A stretch of 64,000 nucleotides of DNA from Dimorphilus gyrociliatus (Eukaryota; Animalia; Annelida). The position numbers and the translations under genes were made by a program. Of this stretch, positions 1-14,420 are shown piece by piece; positions within the stretch are counted from its first letter, which is position 1; each line of letters begins with the position of its first letter. The notes under the pieces are model-generated. The model ran no database searches, had not been told where the DNA came from, and saw only the letters and a list, made by a program, of their open reading frames with translations. The stretch covers positions 1,054,001 to 1,118,000 of the forward strand of contig CAJFCJ010000011.1 in NCBI GenBank assembly GCA_904063045.1, in the 5' to 3' direction.

Positions 1-1076
1 GTGAAAGCATTTCATTTACACATGTAGTTATTTTTCTTGCTTTCAATGTCTTTAAGCATAATCTGCATAAATGTGTGTCGCTTGTTAAGCATATATGCAA
101 TATGCTGATTATCATATAAGATGGGAACATAGTATACAATATATACACATACATGTATGTATGTGTGCAATAGTTTCTATAGTACATAATTAATAGAGCT
201 GATATGCAGAATATCTATATTTAATGCAAGTAGTATATATATATATACATTTATAGATTCATGTATATAAATTTTGGTAATGAGACTTTCTTCATTGTTT
301 TTAATTAAATAAAAATCATATTTTTGTATACCCAAGAACTAAAAGAAGCTACTTTCAAGTATCTATTGTTTTCTTCTTATTTTCATATTCTAAATATATT
401 TTCTTTATAAACAAAACACCTATTTTTCATTACAAACATATCATTTTTTGCTTTGTCATCATCTTCAATTTTATGCTCGTCATTTACTTGTAACTTGATT
501 TAGTTACCTAACGGTTAAATTTAATTTTAAACCCAGTCCTTTTTTCATCATGTTTCTCTTTTCTCATATTCTTCTATTCTGTTTTTTTTATTCATTTAAT
601 ATTCAAGATTTCCAAAATTGAAATAAAAAAGTCATGTGATCATAAAAAATGCAAAATATTCATAATGAATATTTCTTATTAAAGAAACATATAAGCCTTT
701 AATGTTGTCGTTTTATCGCTTCAAAGAATTTTAATCATAAAAATTTGACTTGTTGCGGCACTGTTTAGTTCACTATATTGCTTATGCATGCTAAGCTCAA
801 ACATTCATCTTCGACGCTTTTAATATGCTTACAGTTTTTTCAATTCACAAATTATGTTATTTATTAATTAATGCTTTTCAACTCAAATTGAAAAAAAAGA
901 GAAAATACGAAAACGTTAAAGATAAAAGAGACGTTTGGAAGAAAAGTTTTACAGTTTTCATCAAACGCCTGAGAAAAAATTATTTAACAAAGAAATAAAG
1001 CAAAAAAAATTAATCGGCTACTTAAGTCTCTTTTTTTTTTAAAAAAAAAGCAAGAAATCTCTTTGTAAAAATCATT

Positions 1077-4000
1077 ATGGGCGTTCTACGAGGCAGGAAT
1101 GACAGTGAAGCTCTGGAATTTTCGGGTAAATAAACCTTAAAATCTTAGATTTCCAAATCGATTAAGCGATAAATGTATAGCCTTCAACTACAATTTGTAA
1201 AAGAAAAAAGACATTCATTATTCTTTTAGTTGCTTGAAATTAAGTTTCCATTGCGCTAAAAAGACTATTGTTAAAAGATTGTTTATTTTGGACAATTTGT
1301 AAAAAAAAGAAAAGGAATGTTTAAGCTCAGAAGTTTTAAACTAATGGATATTTCTTGTTGACTCTTTAAGTAATCAGGGAAGAAGGAGACGTTTCCGAAA
1401 TGACACCGATTAATTAGTATAGCAGAAGAAATTACAAAGAGCATGACTATTAAGAAAATGACCATTTGCCATTTTGTTTTCTCTTTCGTAAACGCTAAAT
1501 TATTAATTAATTCTTCTTTATTCAATTTTTTAAATTTTCCATTCGATTTGACTTTTTATTCTAATTGATATTTTCACTTCAAAATATTAGTATTTTTGCT
1601 ATAGATGGCGCCTGTTTCTCTTTATCAAAAACTTGGAAACGTTATCGATTTAAACTCAATTAACTATCGAATTTGGAATGCGTCCCATATATATGAATAT
1701 GAGTTGATTGTTTGTAATTAGAATAGTCGACATTCTCTTTACAATTTAAGTTCTATTATACTCAATAATAGTATCGTTCCTCTTAAATCGTCTATGGAAT
1801 TCTGGGTAAGTTCAATACTGCAAATAATTAAAAAGATACCTATTAGCGACGAATAAATGCAAATAGATAGATGCCACTTAAATAATCGACTACCAATTCT
1901 TTCACAACATGACTAATACAGCTTTCTATTCAGTATGCTTAATAAATATAATGGCGACGTTATATAAGACGTATCATCAAACTATTTATAGTCGAATAAC
2001 AGGTCTAATTTAAAAAAATAAGGTTACTTAAAGCATAATCTTGGTCTGTATCTTCCCCTCTAACATCTATCATATTTAAAAATACAAAAAATTTCATAAA
2101 TCTGCATTGTTTATGGAAAATTTTTACACTATTTCAATACAATATTAATATTGTTCATCAACGTTTACAGTATGAATATTCATAAGAGATCTTCGTCTTT
2201 TAATTACTTTTGTTCTCTCCACGAATATTTCTTTTATTTATTAATGTTTACAATTTTCAGTTTCTATAATTCTCTAACATCGATATAAAGAGCTTTTAAT
2301 TATAAAGCAAGGAATTCGATCTCTAATTTATCAAACGTAAATTACATAATAGACGTAACAGATAAAATTGTTTATAAATTAATCAAAACTATTTATAACA
2401 GAAGTTAAATGCTTTAAATGCATAATTTGAAAAGCTTCTCTGGACGGCCAATGAATATTAATAACCCTAAATATTCATTAATATAAACAAAAATAACGGT
2501 AGAATAATAAACAATCAATACTTACATGCTTTTATAAGCGTGTACAGTTGTATATACAATAACACAGTAGTATTGAATATGCATGTGCATACTAGGGTTA
2601 TTTATGAATTTTTCAAGTACTCATAATTATTAGATATGCAACATTTTATAATCGTTATTTTACGGAAATGTCGGAAACCAATAACACGCGTGTTACACTA
2701 TTTTATTTCTTATGACAGGTGAGACGGTCAGTCCGGCTGTCATGGATCAGGTTTATAAGAAATATAAGGAAACGAAAATGAATCCCCAGAAGTTGATGGA
2801 CGAGCTGGGGATTGACGTTACGTCAATGGACAATAGAGAAACTCTTGGAATGGGTATAGTTAGGAAGGAAACAGAGCTAAATCATGATGAAAAACTATTT
2901 CTTTTGGCTGTGGAGAGAGGAGATTTACCTTCGGTCAGAAGTAGTTTAGAAGAATCATTAACTTATATGAATATTAACATTAACTGCGTTGACCCGCTTG
3001 GAAGGACAGCATTGTTGATTAGCATTGAAAATGAGAATATCGAAATGATTGAATTGCTCTTATCCTTTAATGTCGAAGTCGGAGATTCATTATTACATGC
3101 AATAAATGAGGAAAACGTCGAAGCCGTTGAATTATTGCTAGGTGACAAACATATGTTGCTTAAATACTAATTAATTTGTTAACAATTAGAGAACCAGAAT
3201 AGCTGTAACAAATATAAATTTCTGTTTACTTTTTCGAATAGCATATCAAACAAACAAGAAGGATTTATCGGGCTTGTTGGGTGCAGTGCCTTCTTCTTCT
3301 TTTACACCCGACATAACTCCTATCATACTAGCTGCGCACAGGGATAATTATGAGATTATAAAGATTCTCTTGGATAGAGGAGATAGAATTGGAAAACCCC
3401 ATGACGTACGTTGTTCATGTCTGGAATGTAAAACAAGAGCTGCGGAAGATAGCTTGAATTTATCTAGATCAAGAATTAATGCTTATCGAGCTTTAGCGTC
3501 ACCTTCTTTAATCGCTCTGTCCAGTAAAGATCCAATCTTAACTGCTTTTGAGTTATCTTGGGAACTAAAGCGATTGTCTAGGTTAGAAAATGAATTTCGA
3601 ATTGAGTATGAAACTCTTTCTAAAAGTTCACAAGACTTTGCTGTTGCTCTTTTGGATCAAACTAGAGGTTCGAAGGAATTAGAAGTGATTCTAAATCATA
3701 ATTCAGCAGGACTTAGCAATGATGGAGACAGAGAAAATCTAGATAGACTCCGTTTGGCTATTAAGTACAAACAGAAAAAGTTTGTTGCCCACTCAAATTG
3801 CCAACAATTATTAGCATCATTTTGGTATGAAGGTTTGCCCGGTTTTAGAAGGCGTCACATTATATTTAAGGTTCTATTAACGGTTACTATATGCATCTGC
3901 TACCCAATCCTGTCGATTCTCTATTTGTTATTACCCAAATCCTTTTTGGGAAGGTTTATGCGTCAACCTTTTATCAAGTTCATCTGCCATTCAGCGGCAT

Positions 4001-7000
4001 ATATGAGCTTTCTATGTGAGTAAATTAGCGATTAATTCAAATTGTTTTGTTTTACTTGTAATTAACTTAACATATTGTATTCTTTCATTAAGTCACTTAT
4101 CGTTATTATTATTTTTTAACAGTTTTACTTATTCTGACATCGCAGAGGATTGAGAGTACAATTAAATATGGAAATAACCCGCAAAAGAATATTAGAGAAG
4201 TTCGAGGTGCTAGTCCCACAATAATTGAGTGGATCATTTTGGCATATGTTTTAGGTCTGAACATTGATTACAATGTTAATTAATTATTTAGCAAAAGTTT
4301 ATATTTCTACGTGTAGAAAAATATTTACTTTACTCTTATTAACATCCACAAGTCTCACGGTTAATAAGTTCGGGTGTGGATACAAGTAGTTATAACTAAG
4401 CAAGGTTGAAAATGTGAAGGGCGTGGTTGATATTGGTTAAGTTATTACATTAACATAATTCTATCCGTTTCAAGATAGTAAACGTGAAGGGGTTTATACG
4501 CCCTGTTTATAAAAAATACACTTGTATATTTACCCCGGTATATTATTGATTATCTCGAAACGCGTTTACATTGATAAACTACCTGAACTGCAACCATAGT
4601 AACAAAGTCTTGCTCTCTTGCTGTTGACAATATTGTTCCAATTTCAAAACTTCCTGTAGCTTTACCTGTACAAATAGTTACTGTCCTATAGATTATAATT
4701 ATTAATGTTTAGTTAAAAACAATAAATTTTCTTTTTTCCTACAAATTAGGATTCACATGGATAGAAGTAAAGCAACTGTGGGATGATGGAGCCAAGGCCT
4801 ACGTGCAGGACATGTGGAATATCTTAGATTTTATACCCAATGCTTTATACATCGCTACTTACACCCTGAAATTAGTTGCATATTTAAGAGTTCAAGATGA
4901 AATAGCCCAAGGACATACGGACGTTGCCAATCTACCCAGATCCCAATGGGACGCTTACGATCCAAATTTAATAAGTGAGGGTCTATTTGCTACAGCAAAT
5001 ATATTTTCATCTCTGAAGCTCGTCTATATATTCATCATTAATCCACATCTGGGCCCCCTGCAAATTTCACTTGGTCGAATGGTTATAGATATATTGAAAT
5101 ATGGCTTTATTGCTGTATTGGTTGTTTTCGCCTATTCTTGTGGTGTTAATCAATTATATTGGTTCTACGCCGAAGCTAAACAGCGTGACTGTGACATTTG
5201 CACTGCCGAAGGAGGTTCAGCCTGTGAATGCGACAAATATCTTGCAAAGTAAGTAGTAGCTTCGTTTGGTTAATTACTTATCCCCGTTTCCTTTCCCCCA
5301 AGCATTTCAATTTATCCATTTCTCCCCATTTTTTACTCCTTTCTCTATTACATATTATCCTTACACCCTTTCCCTCAAAATTTATATCATTTCAATTTTC
5401 CGTGGTAACTGATTCAACTTCTCAGGAGTCAAGAGAACTGTCCATGCGATAAATATAGGCTTAGCAAGTGAGTGGCGCATTTCCCGCTGTTAACGCCATC
5501 TCTAAAGCTTTCTATGTGTCATATTCGCTCAAACTGGCATGTTGTACCTTTTTTTGTAAAGAAAAATTATATACATACACCATATGTATTTCTGTAATTT
5601 AACCAAATAACTATTGTTTTAAAAAAAATTGTATAACAAGCCATCACGCACGCATATTATGTGTTCTTCTTTATGTGCAACACTGGCCGGAAAAGCAAAA
5701 ACATTAATTTATTAATATCAATATTTTATGACAAGTATTACTCTACTATTAGCTTTTATTACTTTTACTTTTGTTATGCATAAGTTGTCTAGTCCTCTTC
5801 TTTGTCTATTCTTAACTATCTCTGCTCTTTTAAGTATCTCTCGATCTTAAAATTTGTTTTAGAGTATAAGAGGTTGTATATGTGGATGAATACTTATGTA
5901 AACTAATATATAATTGTATTGTATATAGAGTTAGTATACAGTATACAAATATTCATATTAGTATGTAAAACTGTATACTGTATATCTATCTTTATTTTTA
6001 TCTTTATCTTCTAAACTCCTTTTTTCTATTGGCTATTTGATTATTCTTTCTATTATGTTATTCAATCCAAATCTTCCTTTAAATTATCTGTAATATTAAA
6101 GATATTAATAGATTCTATATAAATTAATATAAAAGATGAGGAAAGTTAAATATTATTAAATATGCATGTATCATATTTTCTCTACATTATTTGTGACGTA
6201 TGATATTGAATCAGAACGCAATGCTTTGAAACGTCATTATGCTTTTGTGCCCTTTGAGCAAGCGACATGTAGTATTACAGCTTCTACAACTTTCTTTTAC
6301 TTTTTTTGCTGACAATATGTAAAATCTATCCTACTTTTTTTTGCTTTTTTATTATACTTCTCTGTTTATCTAAACTATATTTCCGGCTTAATCTTCTATT
6401 TTGTATTCTGAACAGCCTCTTTGAAATCATGCAATCGCTTTATTTTGCTATGTTTGGTTTGATTGAAATTAAGCATTTTGAGTTGAAAGAAAAGCATACG
6501 TTTACTGAATTTGTTGGTAAAACCATGTACGGAACCTACCTTTTTATTGCTGTTGTTGTCTTAATCAACATGTTAATTGCCATGTTGAGTAATTCTTATC
6601 AATATATTCAAAATGATTCGGATGTTGAATGGAAGTTTGCCCGGTCTAAATTATGGTTATCATATTTTGAAGAAGGTGGAACTCTTCCAACACCTTTTAA
6701 TATCATTCCTACGCCCAAAAGTGTTTATTATATATTTCGATGGATCAAAGAGAAGCTATGTGGCTGCCGGGAGGAGCAGAAGAAAAGTAAATGGCAAAGT
6801 ATAAGAAAATTAGTACAAAGGGCTAGTGAAAAAGAAGCTCAGTATCAGTTAGTCATACGAGATCTTATTAAGCGGTATATAATGCAGAAACAAAAGGGTG
6901 CTTCTGATAAGGGAGTAACTGAAGACGACCTTAATGAGATTAAACAAGATATATCATCGTTCAGATATGATTTATTGGAGATTTTAAGAAACAATGGAAT

Positions 7001-7724
7001 GAAAACTCCTACATACTCGCATATGCCTAAGAGTAGTACTAATTCGTTTAATTAATCATTAACGTCATAAGTAACTTTTTTTTATAACTAAACAGGAATT
7101 AAGAGAAAAGGTTCTAGAATGTCAAATCTTGGTCGGCGAATGGGTATGATGACAATGGACTCTCCAAATACGCCTGACGTCCGTCTTCGCCAAATCGTTC
7201 AAAAAACATCCGGAATTACAAGATCAGAGAGTGGTGGAAGTTCAATTGAAAGCCCTAACACACATAGAAAGATAATTCGAGACAACTCGGATGGATCTAT
7301 AGGAAAACAAATGCTTAATGAGCGAACTGCCCCAACACCTCCTGTAGTTAAAAACGATACTATTAAAGAGGAGCATGAAGAAGACGATCAGAAGAGAACT
7401 GCAAATGATACGGCTAAAAGAGATAAAGCGGTGTCGAAAAAAGCTAATGAACTACAGTTAGATTGTAAAAAGCCACCCCTGTCGCCTGACGACGGTACCA
7501 AATATAATAATTTATATTTAAAATCTATTCAATTGAATTCTAACTTTTTTCTCTTTACGAACAGACGGTCTAGTCTAAAAGAGAAGAGAATGACATTTCC
7601 AAATCAGCAAAGAGAGCACATCAGCAGTAGACGTTTTGCAGCAAAAAAAAAAGTAATTGATATTGTCTTGTCAACAAATTACCGCTTGAACAAATCAACT
7701 ATAATTATCGATATAAATAGTTAA
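1077..7724 (+). CDS. TRPC: Canonical TRP (TRPC-family) cation channel, multi-exon
   Basis: Features seen: ankyrin repeats ([17 protein letters not shown]), TRP_2 Zn site ([11 protein letters not shown]), [12 protein letters not shown]1-S6 helices, and the TRP box EWKFAR (about 6625-6645). Inferred phase-consistent exons: 1077-1125, 2719-3141, 3242-4015, 4123-~4255, 4750-~5249, ~6415-~7030, ~7096-end. The first exon and the 3' splicing are less certain. Confidence 0.93.
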
Positions 7725-8491
7725 ATTATTGCTTATATGCACTGCAGAAAAATGCAAAAAGGAATAAAAAGGCTTCAATAATAAAGCTCAATTATTATTT
7801 AAATATTAATTTTACAAATAGACATTAAACTTCAGTCAAAATCCACAATAAAGTTTTATTTTCAATGCTTAATTTCAATGTGTTTTTTAGTGTAAAAAGT
7901 GCTAAACCATAAATCACAGCTTGAATAAGTACTAAACACCTTTAAAAGTAGCTATTTCATTGTTATAAAATACTCATAAATATATTCGGCATGGTATATT
8001 CACTTAAATCATTTGATGAATTAGATATATAAATAATTATTCTTAATATTTAAAGAATTAAAATTTCAAAGCCGACGTCAATATGAGTATCGGTTGTTTT
8101 TTTAAGTGAAAAGGAAAACCAAAACAAAATTAAGAAGTACATAAACAAAAAAGACACGTTTTTTCAAGCCTGACGAAAGTAAAAGTAAGAAGATATGCTT
8201 AGTGAATGAATGTTTTGCTCGTATTCATTTTTTTTTTAAAAGAAAATGAATAGAATTTGAATAAAACATATTCATAATTTCTCGTTTTTTTCTGGATAAA
8301 TTGGAAAATAAGACTAGACGCTACAATATTCAAAACATTTACAAATAATTACATTTTTCTCTATTTTAACATTTTTCGTCCAGTTATTTTCCTAATTATG
8401 TTGATTAACAAAATGTGCAAAATAAATATGTACTACTATTTTTTTACTCAAAACGTCATATAAAAAAATCTAGGTGATTTTTTTTTGCTCC

Positions 8492-11400
8492 TTATGTTGG
8501 ACATGTTCCTGGTAGTAATTGGATATCGTCCAGAGCTATATCTCCCGAATATTCCCCTCCTCTTATACCAGTAAAACCTATTCGAATATTTGGACTCATA
8601 GTTTCAATGTTAACTTGATCGCCTATCCATCTATTTCCTTGTTGTCCAACTTTCTTCCAGATGATTGTGTCTTGAGATCCAATTCTTGTAAAGACATTTA
8701 GTTCGTTTATATGAAATCCGTACATATGATATTTAAATTGGAGACATCCTCTTCCACCAGTATTCAATTGAGGTAAGAGAATTCTACAAAAAGTCACAAG
8801 TACTGTGAAATTATATGTACTAATATCTTACAACTCTTACTTGGCCATATCTCCTCTTCTCCTCGGTTTACTCGCTTCTATAAAAATGTAATACTCGCCA
8901 TTGTACGCCCTGTTTGGTCCTGTCATTTTTGACGGAGTCTCTCCCGACTGAAAATATATTTAGTAACTTTTTAAAATATTTTATATTATTTAAGCTTTTT
9001 ACTAGCAAAGACCAGTCGAATGCATCTCTCTTATCTTGTTCCATTCTACAAAATGTGGCAATGTTGCCACCTATTTCGAATTTGCATTCCCATAGAGTAA
9101 CTTTAAAGTGAATGTATTTATTAACATGTATATCAATTTTTTTAAATTTAAGTATGCTTTTCTCTTATGTCTTACCAGTAGATGAAGCTTGGCAGGGACC
9201 AAATGTAAAAATAACATTATCAATAGCAATGTCGCCGGAGTAATGACCAGAAGTAGCCGCTTCAAATTCAACATTTCCGCCCGAAGACGGTAATGTCAAA
9301 TCAACTGCAGCTTCCTTCCAAAGATTTTTTTGATCGCCAGATATTTCCCAACGTTGAATCCTTTGAAAATTTGTAATTGAATCGCTTTGAAAAACTCTAA
9401 GAGAATTAATATGATAGCCGTTCATGCAATACCAAAATCTTAAGCATCTTGCACCACCACTATTTATAACTTGACCATCTAGTTTTAATCTAGCAACCTG
9501 CCCATCACCAGCCTTTGAAGCCTCTATGTACAAATAACTACTTCCTTGCTGAGCACGAGTTGGACCAGTAACAGGTATTGGAACATTGTTAATCTTTCTA
9601 TCGAAGAGTTTGCCAGATGGAGTTTTTCCTGTACCTTTCAACCACTGTAAATCGTCTGTGTGTATTTGAGAAAGGTAACATTGACTAGACGTAGAAACTC
9701 CAACATTTTCAGCGTCACAACTAAATCTGTCTCCAGAACATGAGTTTGGATTGATAAGAATGGAATCTACAGCTATATCAGATTGAATTCCAGAGCCTCT
9801 TTCGGCAACGAAAACAAGTTGTTCGTCGCGTTTAATTGCATAATCAACCTCAACACTTTGCCAACTTCTAGGTTGCTCATTAGTCCTGTCAAAAATCGGT
9901 TTCATTTCACCTGCAGCTGTTCCGTAAACAAACAATCGCTTTACGTCTCTTCCATACATATAATAGTAAAAACTCAAGCATATGGCTCCGTCATAGTCAA
10001 TCGCAGGCGTATGAATCCTTAGTAAAAGCAACTGATACGTTTAAGAACTCAATAGAAAACTTAACACATACTTAATTCTGTCATTAAAAGAAAACATTCT
10101 GGAATTGAGAAAAATATACCAATTCCCGCTATGTGCCTTATCCGGGCCAGTTGCATCTGATGGTGTTGGTCCATTAATTCGTTGCCAGTCTCCATTATCT
10201 GCTTTGCTTTGTACCATTTGACATAAATCAAATTCAAAAGTACATTGGAATGGTAAACGAACTGTTTAAAGTAAAAATTTCAAAGAAAATATAATAGTTT
10301 TTATCCGATACTTATAAGATAAGTGCTTGAAGTTGTAAATATTTAGCACTAAAATCTGTATCCAAATGAAACCCGGCCACCAACCGTATAAAAATATAAC
10401 AATAGCAAAAACTATGTTAACACTGAACAAGTATTTGAGAGAATAAGCAAGTGAAAAGTTCTCTCAATTTAAACAACTTTACCCAATATAACTGCTGCAA
10501 GAGTCGTAGGCGGAGGGTCTGAGGAAAAGGCAGTTGGCGGATGATCTTGGAAAAATGTAATTTTTGTTTTTTGAATGAAATAATGAACTTATAAATGACG
10601 AAACAGATTGGAGAGAAATTTGACGATATGATGATGACTTTCTCAATAGTAAGAAACTTTGTCATATCTCAAGAGAGTGTATTTTTTTAAAACCTACCTG
10701 TATTAGTGGTACAACTTCCTGCTGTTATGCTTAAACGATCTATGGCTATATCGCCGAATATTCCATTTCCTTTAACAGCTGTAAAACGAATAGAGTTTCC
10801 TGAACTAATTCTAGATTCTATATTTGCTTGTCTCCAACTATTTCCTTGATCACCAGTACTTGACCAAAGATTTTGCAAATTATTTGATACAAATAACTGC
10901 CCCATGTTGATCCCAAACATATGATAGTCCATTCGAATACAGATGTCACCACTATATCGAATGGGCATTGTCGATATTCTAAGTGAAGAGAAGAGGTCTT
11001 ATTAAAAATAATTAATTTGTAGCAATAATAAGAAGCATACATTGCTCTGGCACTGTTCGTGTTGACCGCACTTGCCCTAAAATAGATATAAAACTGTCCA
11101 TCTGAAGATCTATCTGGTCCTGTCTCAGAGGTTGGTGTTGGGCCACTTATCCTTATCCAATTTTGGTCATCTGATGTTGACTGAACAAGCCCACAAAGGT
11201 CGGTATTCTCAAAGCTGCATTGAAAAGGAAGACCGCTCCCACCAGAATTGTCATTGTCAAGACATCGACCTTGTTCTATACGCAAGTCATCTATGGCTAT
11301 ATCCCCTGAAGGACCTGCAAAAACAAATGAACTAATCCTTTTATCTTTTTATATTGAAAAACAAACAAACCCTCGTTTGCTGATGCATCAAAAAGAATTT

Positions 11401-14400
11401 TATCATTTTGAGCCTCAATTCTAATGTCAATTTGAGCTGGTCTCCAAACATTTCCCTGATCTCCGTGCTTACTCCACCAATATGCCCCTGAGGCTCTTTT
11501 TTCAGTATAAATAGTTAAATGACCAACTGTAGAACCATACATCATATAATAAAATGACAAACAAATGTCTCCTATATGATTTATAATCGGTGTCTCTAAA
11601 CTTCAATGGTAGAGAAATGAGGTAAGCTTAAAAGGATAAAAAATAATTCAGTATACTTTGCTCTGTCACCAGCTTTTCTTGCCCTTGAATCAGCTAATAA
11701 ATACCAGTTTCCTGCAAACGCTCGTTGGGGTCCACTATTAGTGGCGGGAGAGGATCCTGTACTTCTTAACCAATCAAAATCATCATTCTTCAACTGTAAC
11801 ATTCCGCATAGCCCAATTGTTTCAAAGCCACAAAGAAGAGGCAGTTGTGCTAAAAGTGTTAAGCAAAACTAATAGTAACTTTTATTGTAATAACTATACA
11901 AATTTACAATTCTGACAGGATCCTGCACGAATGTTCAAATTATCAATTGCAATATCTCCGAAAATACCATTTCCCATTACTGCCTTGAAAATGATTGTAT
12001 CCATGGATGCCAGTACCAAGGTTAAACTCTTCTTTTTCCAGACATTACCTTGATTACCATGACTCTCCCAGGAAGGATTATTTGATCCTTGACTTCGAGT
12101 ATACACAACTAGGGATCCAACGTTGACACCATTCAAATTATAATGAAATGATAGACAAACACTAGTGACGAAATTGAACACGGGTGTCTCTAATAGCGCG
12201 TTATCTCCAGCACTTCTACCGTCAGCTTGAACGTAAAGATACCAGGCACCCGATTGAGCGCGAGTAGGTCCGGTGTTAGCTATAGATGATACCTTATTTG
12301 TTCTTGTCCAATCAAATTGATCTACCCCAGAGTGAATTTTATTTTTCAATTGACACCATCCTTTAAGGGTTTAAAATCAATTAATTTTTTAGGGTTTTTC
12401 ATATTTAATCTTACCATTTTCAACATCGCATGACCATGGTAAAGCTATTGAAGGGCATTCTCTTGGTTCTAAATAAAAGTCATCTATTGCAAAATCAGAC
12501 TGATCCCCATTACCTCGTCTTGCTATCAAACCAACCCTGTCATTACCTGACAGAGATATTTGTACCTGGGCGTTTATCCATATGTTTCCCTGATTTCCAA
12601 CAATTTTCCACCAAGGATCATTCGGGCCGCGATTTTGCGTCCAAAGTGTTAGTTCGCCTACGTTAGCACCGTATGCATGGTAGTAGAAATTAGCGCAAAC
12701 GGGGCCTGTATATGAGAAGGATGGAGACTGCATTCCAGCCCTATCTGGTCCACTATTAGCTTCAAAGTACATAAAATATCTTCCTCCCTTGGCAAATGAT
12801 GGCCCAGTATTTGGAGTAAAAGTTGGCCCAGTGTGCCTTCTCCAGTAGTCATTTCTCTCAAAGGTGTTAAAAGAGCACAGATCATTCTCAAAATTACAAC
12901 TCCAAGGTATCGAACTTCCCGATGTTTGGCAGGCGCCATTTGTTATACGGAGGGAGTCCATAGCTATATCACTAAATCTACCATTTCCCACAGTAGCCAC
13001 AAAACCAATTTTGTCCGAAACCGATAAAGTAGTTGGCACTCTAACTATTTGCCAAATATTATCTTTATTACCTGTTTCTTGCCATATCGGTCTATTTTGA
13101 GTTTTGCTTTGAACATAAACTAAAAAGGAACCCTGGTTTGCTCCGTACATATGGTAGTAAAATTCAATACAAACATCACTTGATCTGGCAATCAATGGTG
13201 TTTCTATTCTGCAAACAAAATTAAGCTTAATAATGTTTAAACTTGCTATTCAAAGGTTTAGAAATATCATAAATGGTATTTACATAGCTTTGTCACCACT
13301 TCTTGTTCCATCAGCTTCAACAAAAGTATACCATTGGCCACTTTCTGCAGCAGACGGACCAGTAGCTGCTGTAGGAGTCGAGCCAATCCATCTTAACCAA
13401 TTCAATGGAGCAATTTCAGTTTTTCTTGCAGTCATACCACAAAAATTTTGCTCGAAATTGCAGGTGAAGGGTAGCGAAATTGATGGAGCTTGAAAGCAAC
13501 TTCCAGAACTTACTTTGATGTTATCGATAGCAATATCTGATCGAAAGTCTGGACCTTTAATACCCTCAAACCCAATTCTTCTTCTTCCATTTACAGAGAT
13601 TTTTTCTTCCTTCCATTCATTCCCTTGGGTTCCTGATCTAGTCCAGACTATGTCCTTAGGGCTATCACGTCCAATAGCCGCTTGAGTTATAATATTTAGA
13701 GTGCCCATATCTGAACCGTTCATGTGATAAGAAAACTCGAGGCATATTTCCTCTTGAAAAGGTAAGGTTGGAAGGAATATTCTAGCCGCATCATTTGATC
13801 GCTGAGGATCACTAGTCTCGATATAGATATAGTATTTACTTTGATTATCTCCAGTAGTTGGACCTGTATTCGATGTTGGCGTTTTTCCAGTATATCGTTG
13901 CCAATCAAAAGAACCTGATTCAAAGAGCGAATTCGTTGCATCTGTCATATCTTGGACCATGTTGCAAAAAGTACTCTCGAAATCGCACGTAAACACTGTT
14001 CAAGTAAACAGATGATACATTTTAAAGAATGAATAGTGCTCTATACATGTTAGATCAATAACTCTTTAGGGTCACTGAATTGTTTGAGATTTTTATTTTT
14101 TTAATGTAATTATAATATAAATGTTGCAATAATTAATTATGACGTTGTTCAAACAAGTAATTAAATCTTGTACTCAGATTTTCTTAATATCAAGTACAAA
14201 CTAATAAATTAATAAACAAAGAAATTTCATGGAGATAAATGTAAACTTCGTTATATAAATCTTTTTATTTAGAAATAGAAATTGAAAAAAACTGCAATTT
14301 ATATTAAAGTACAGAATATGAAATGGTACTATTACGATAATAGGTGTACTTACACAGATCCTGAAGATAAACGTTTGGTACATTTATAAGTACAAGAACA

Positions 14401-14420
14401 AAATTCAGCATTATCTTCAT
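8492..14420 (-). CDS. Secreted protein of nine tandem MAM domains (no LDLa, protease or TM domain seen)
   Basis: Signal-peptide exon 14420-14354 (MKIMLNFVLVLINVPNVYLQDL) splices in phase to the exon at 13995. Nine repeats of the MAM pattern C(D/N/S/G/T)FE...C...FDW...GP...G.(W/Y)Y.Y.(E/Q)A...C(L/I).F.Y.M.G...W...G.QGN.W...DIA(I/L/V)D...C follow. There is a short Pro/Thr linker exon near 10476-10547, and the stop is at 8492. Confidence 0.9.

Noticed and set aside
7119-7724. Separate gene downstream of TRPC
   Set aside because: An acceptor near 7095 continues the TRPC frame, so this is the disordered TRPC C-terminus. An intron-like AT-rich segment at 7495-7564 leaves the exact stop uncertain.
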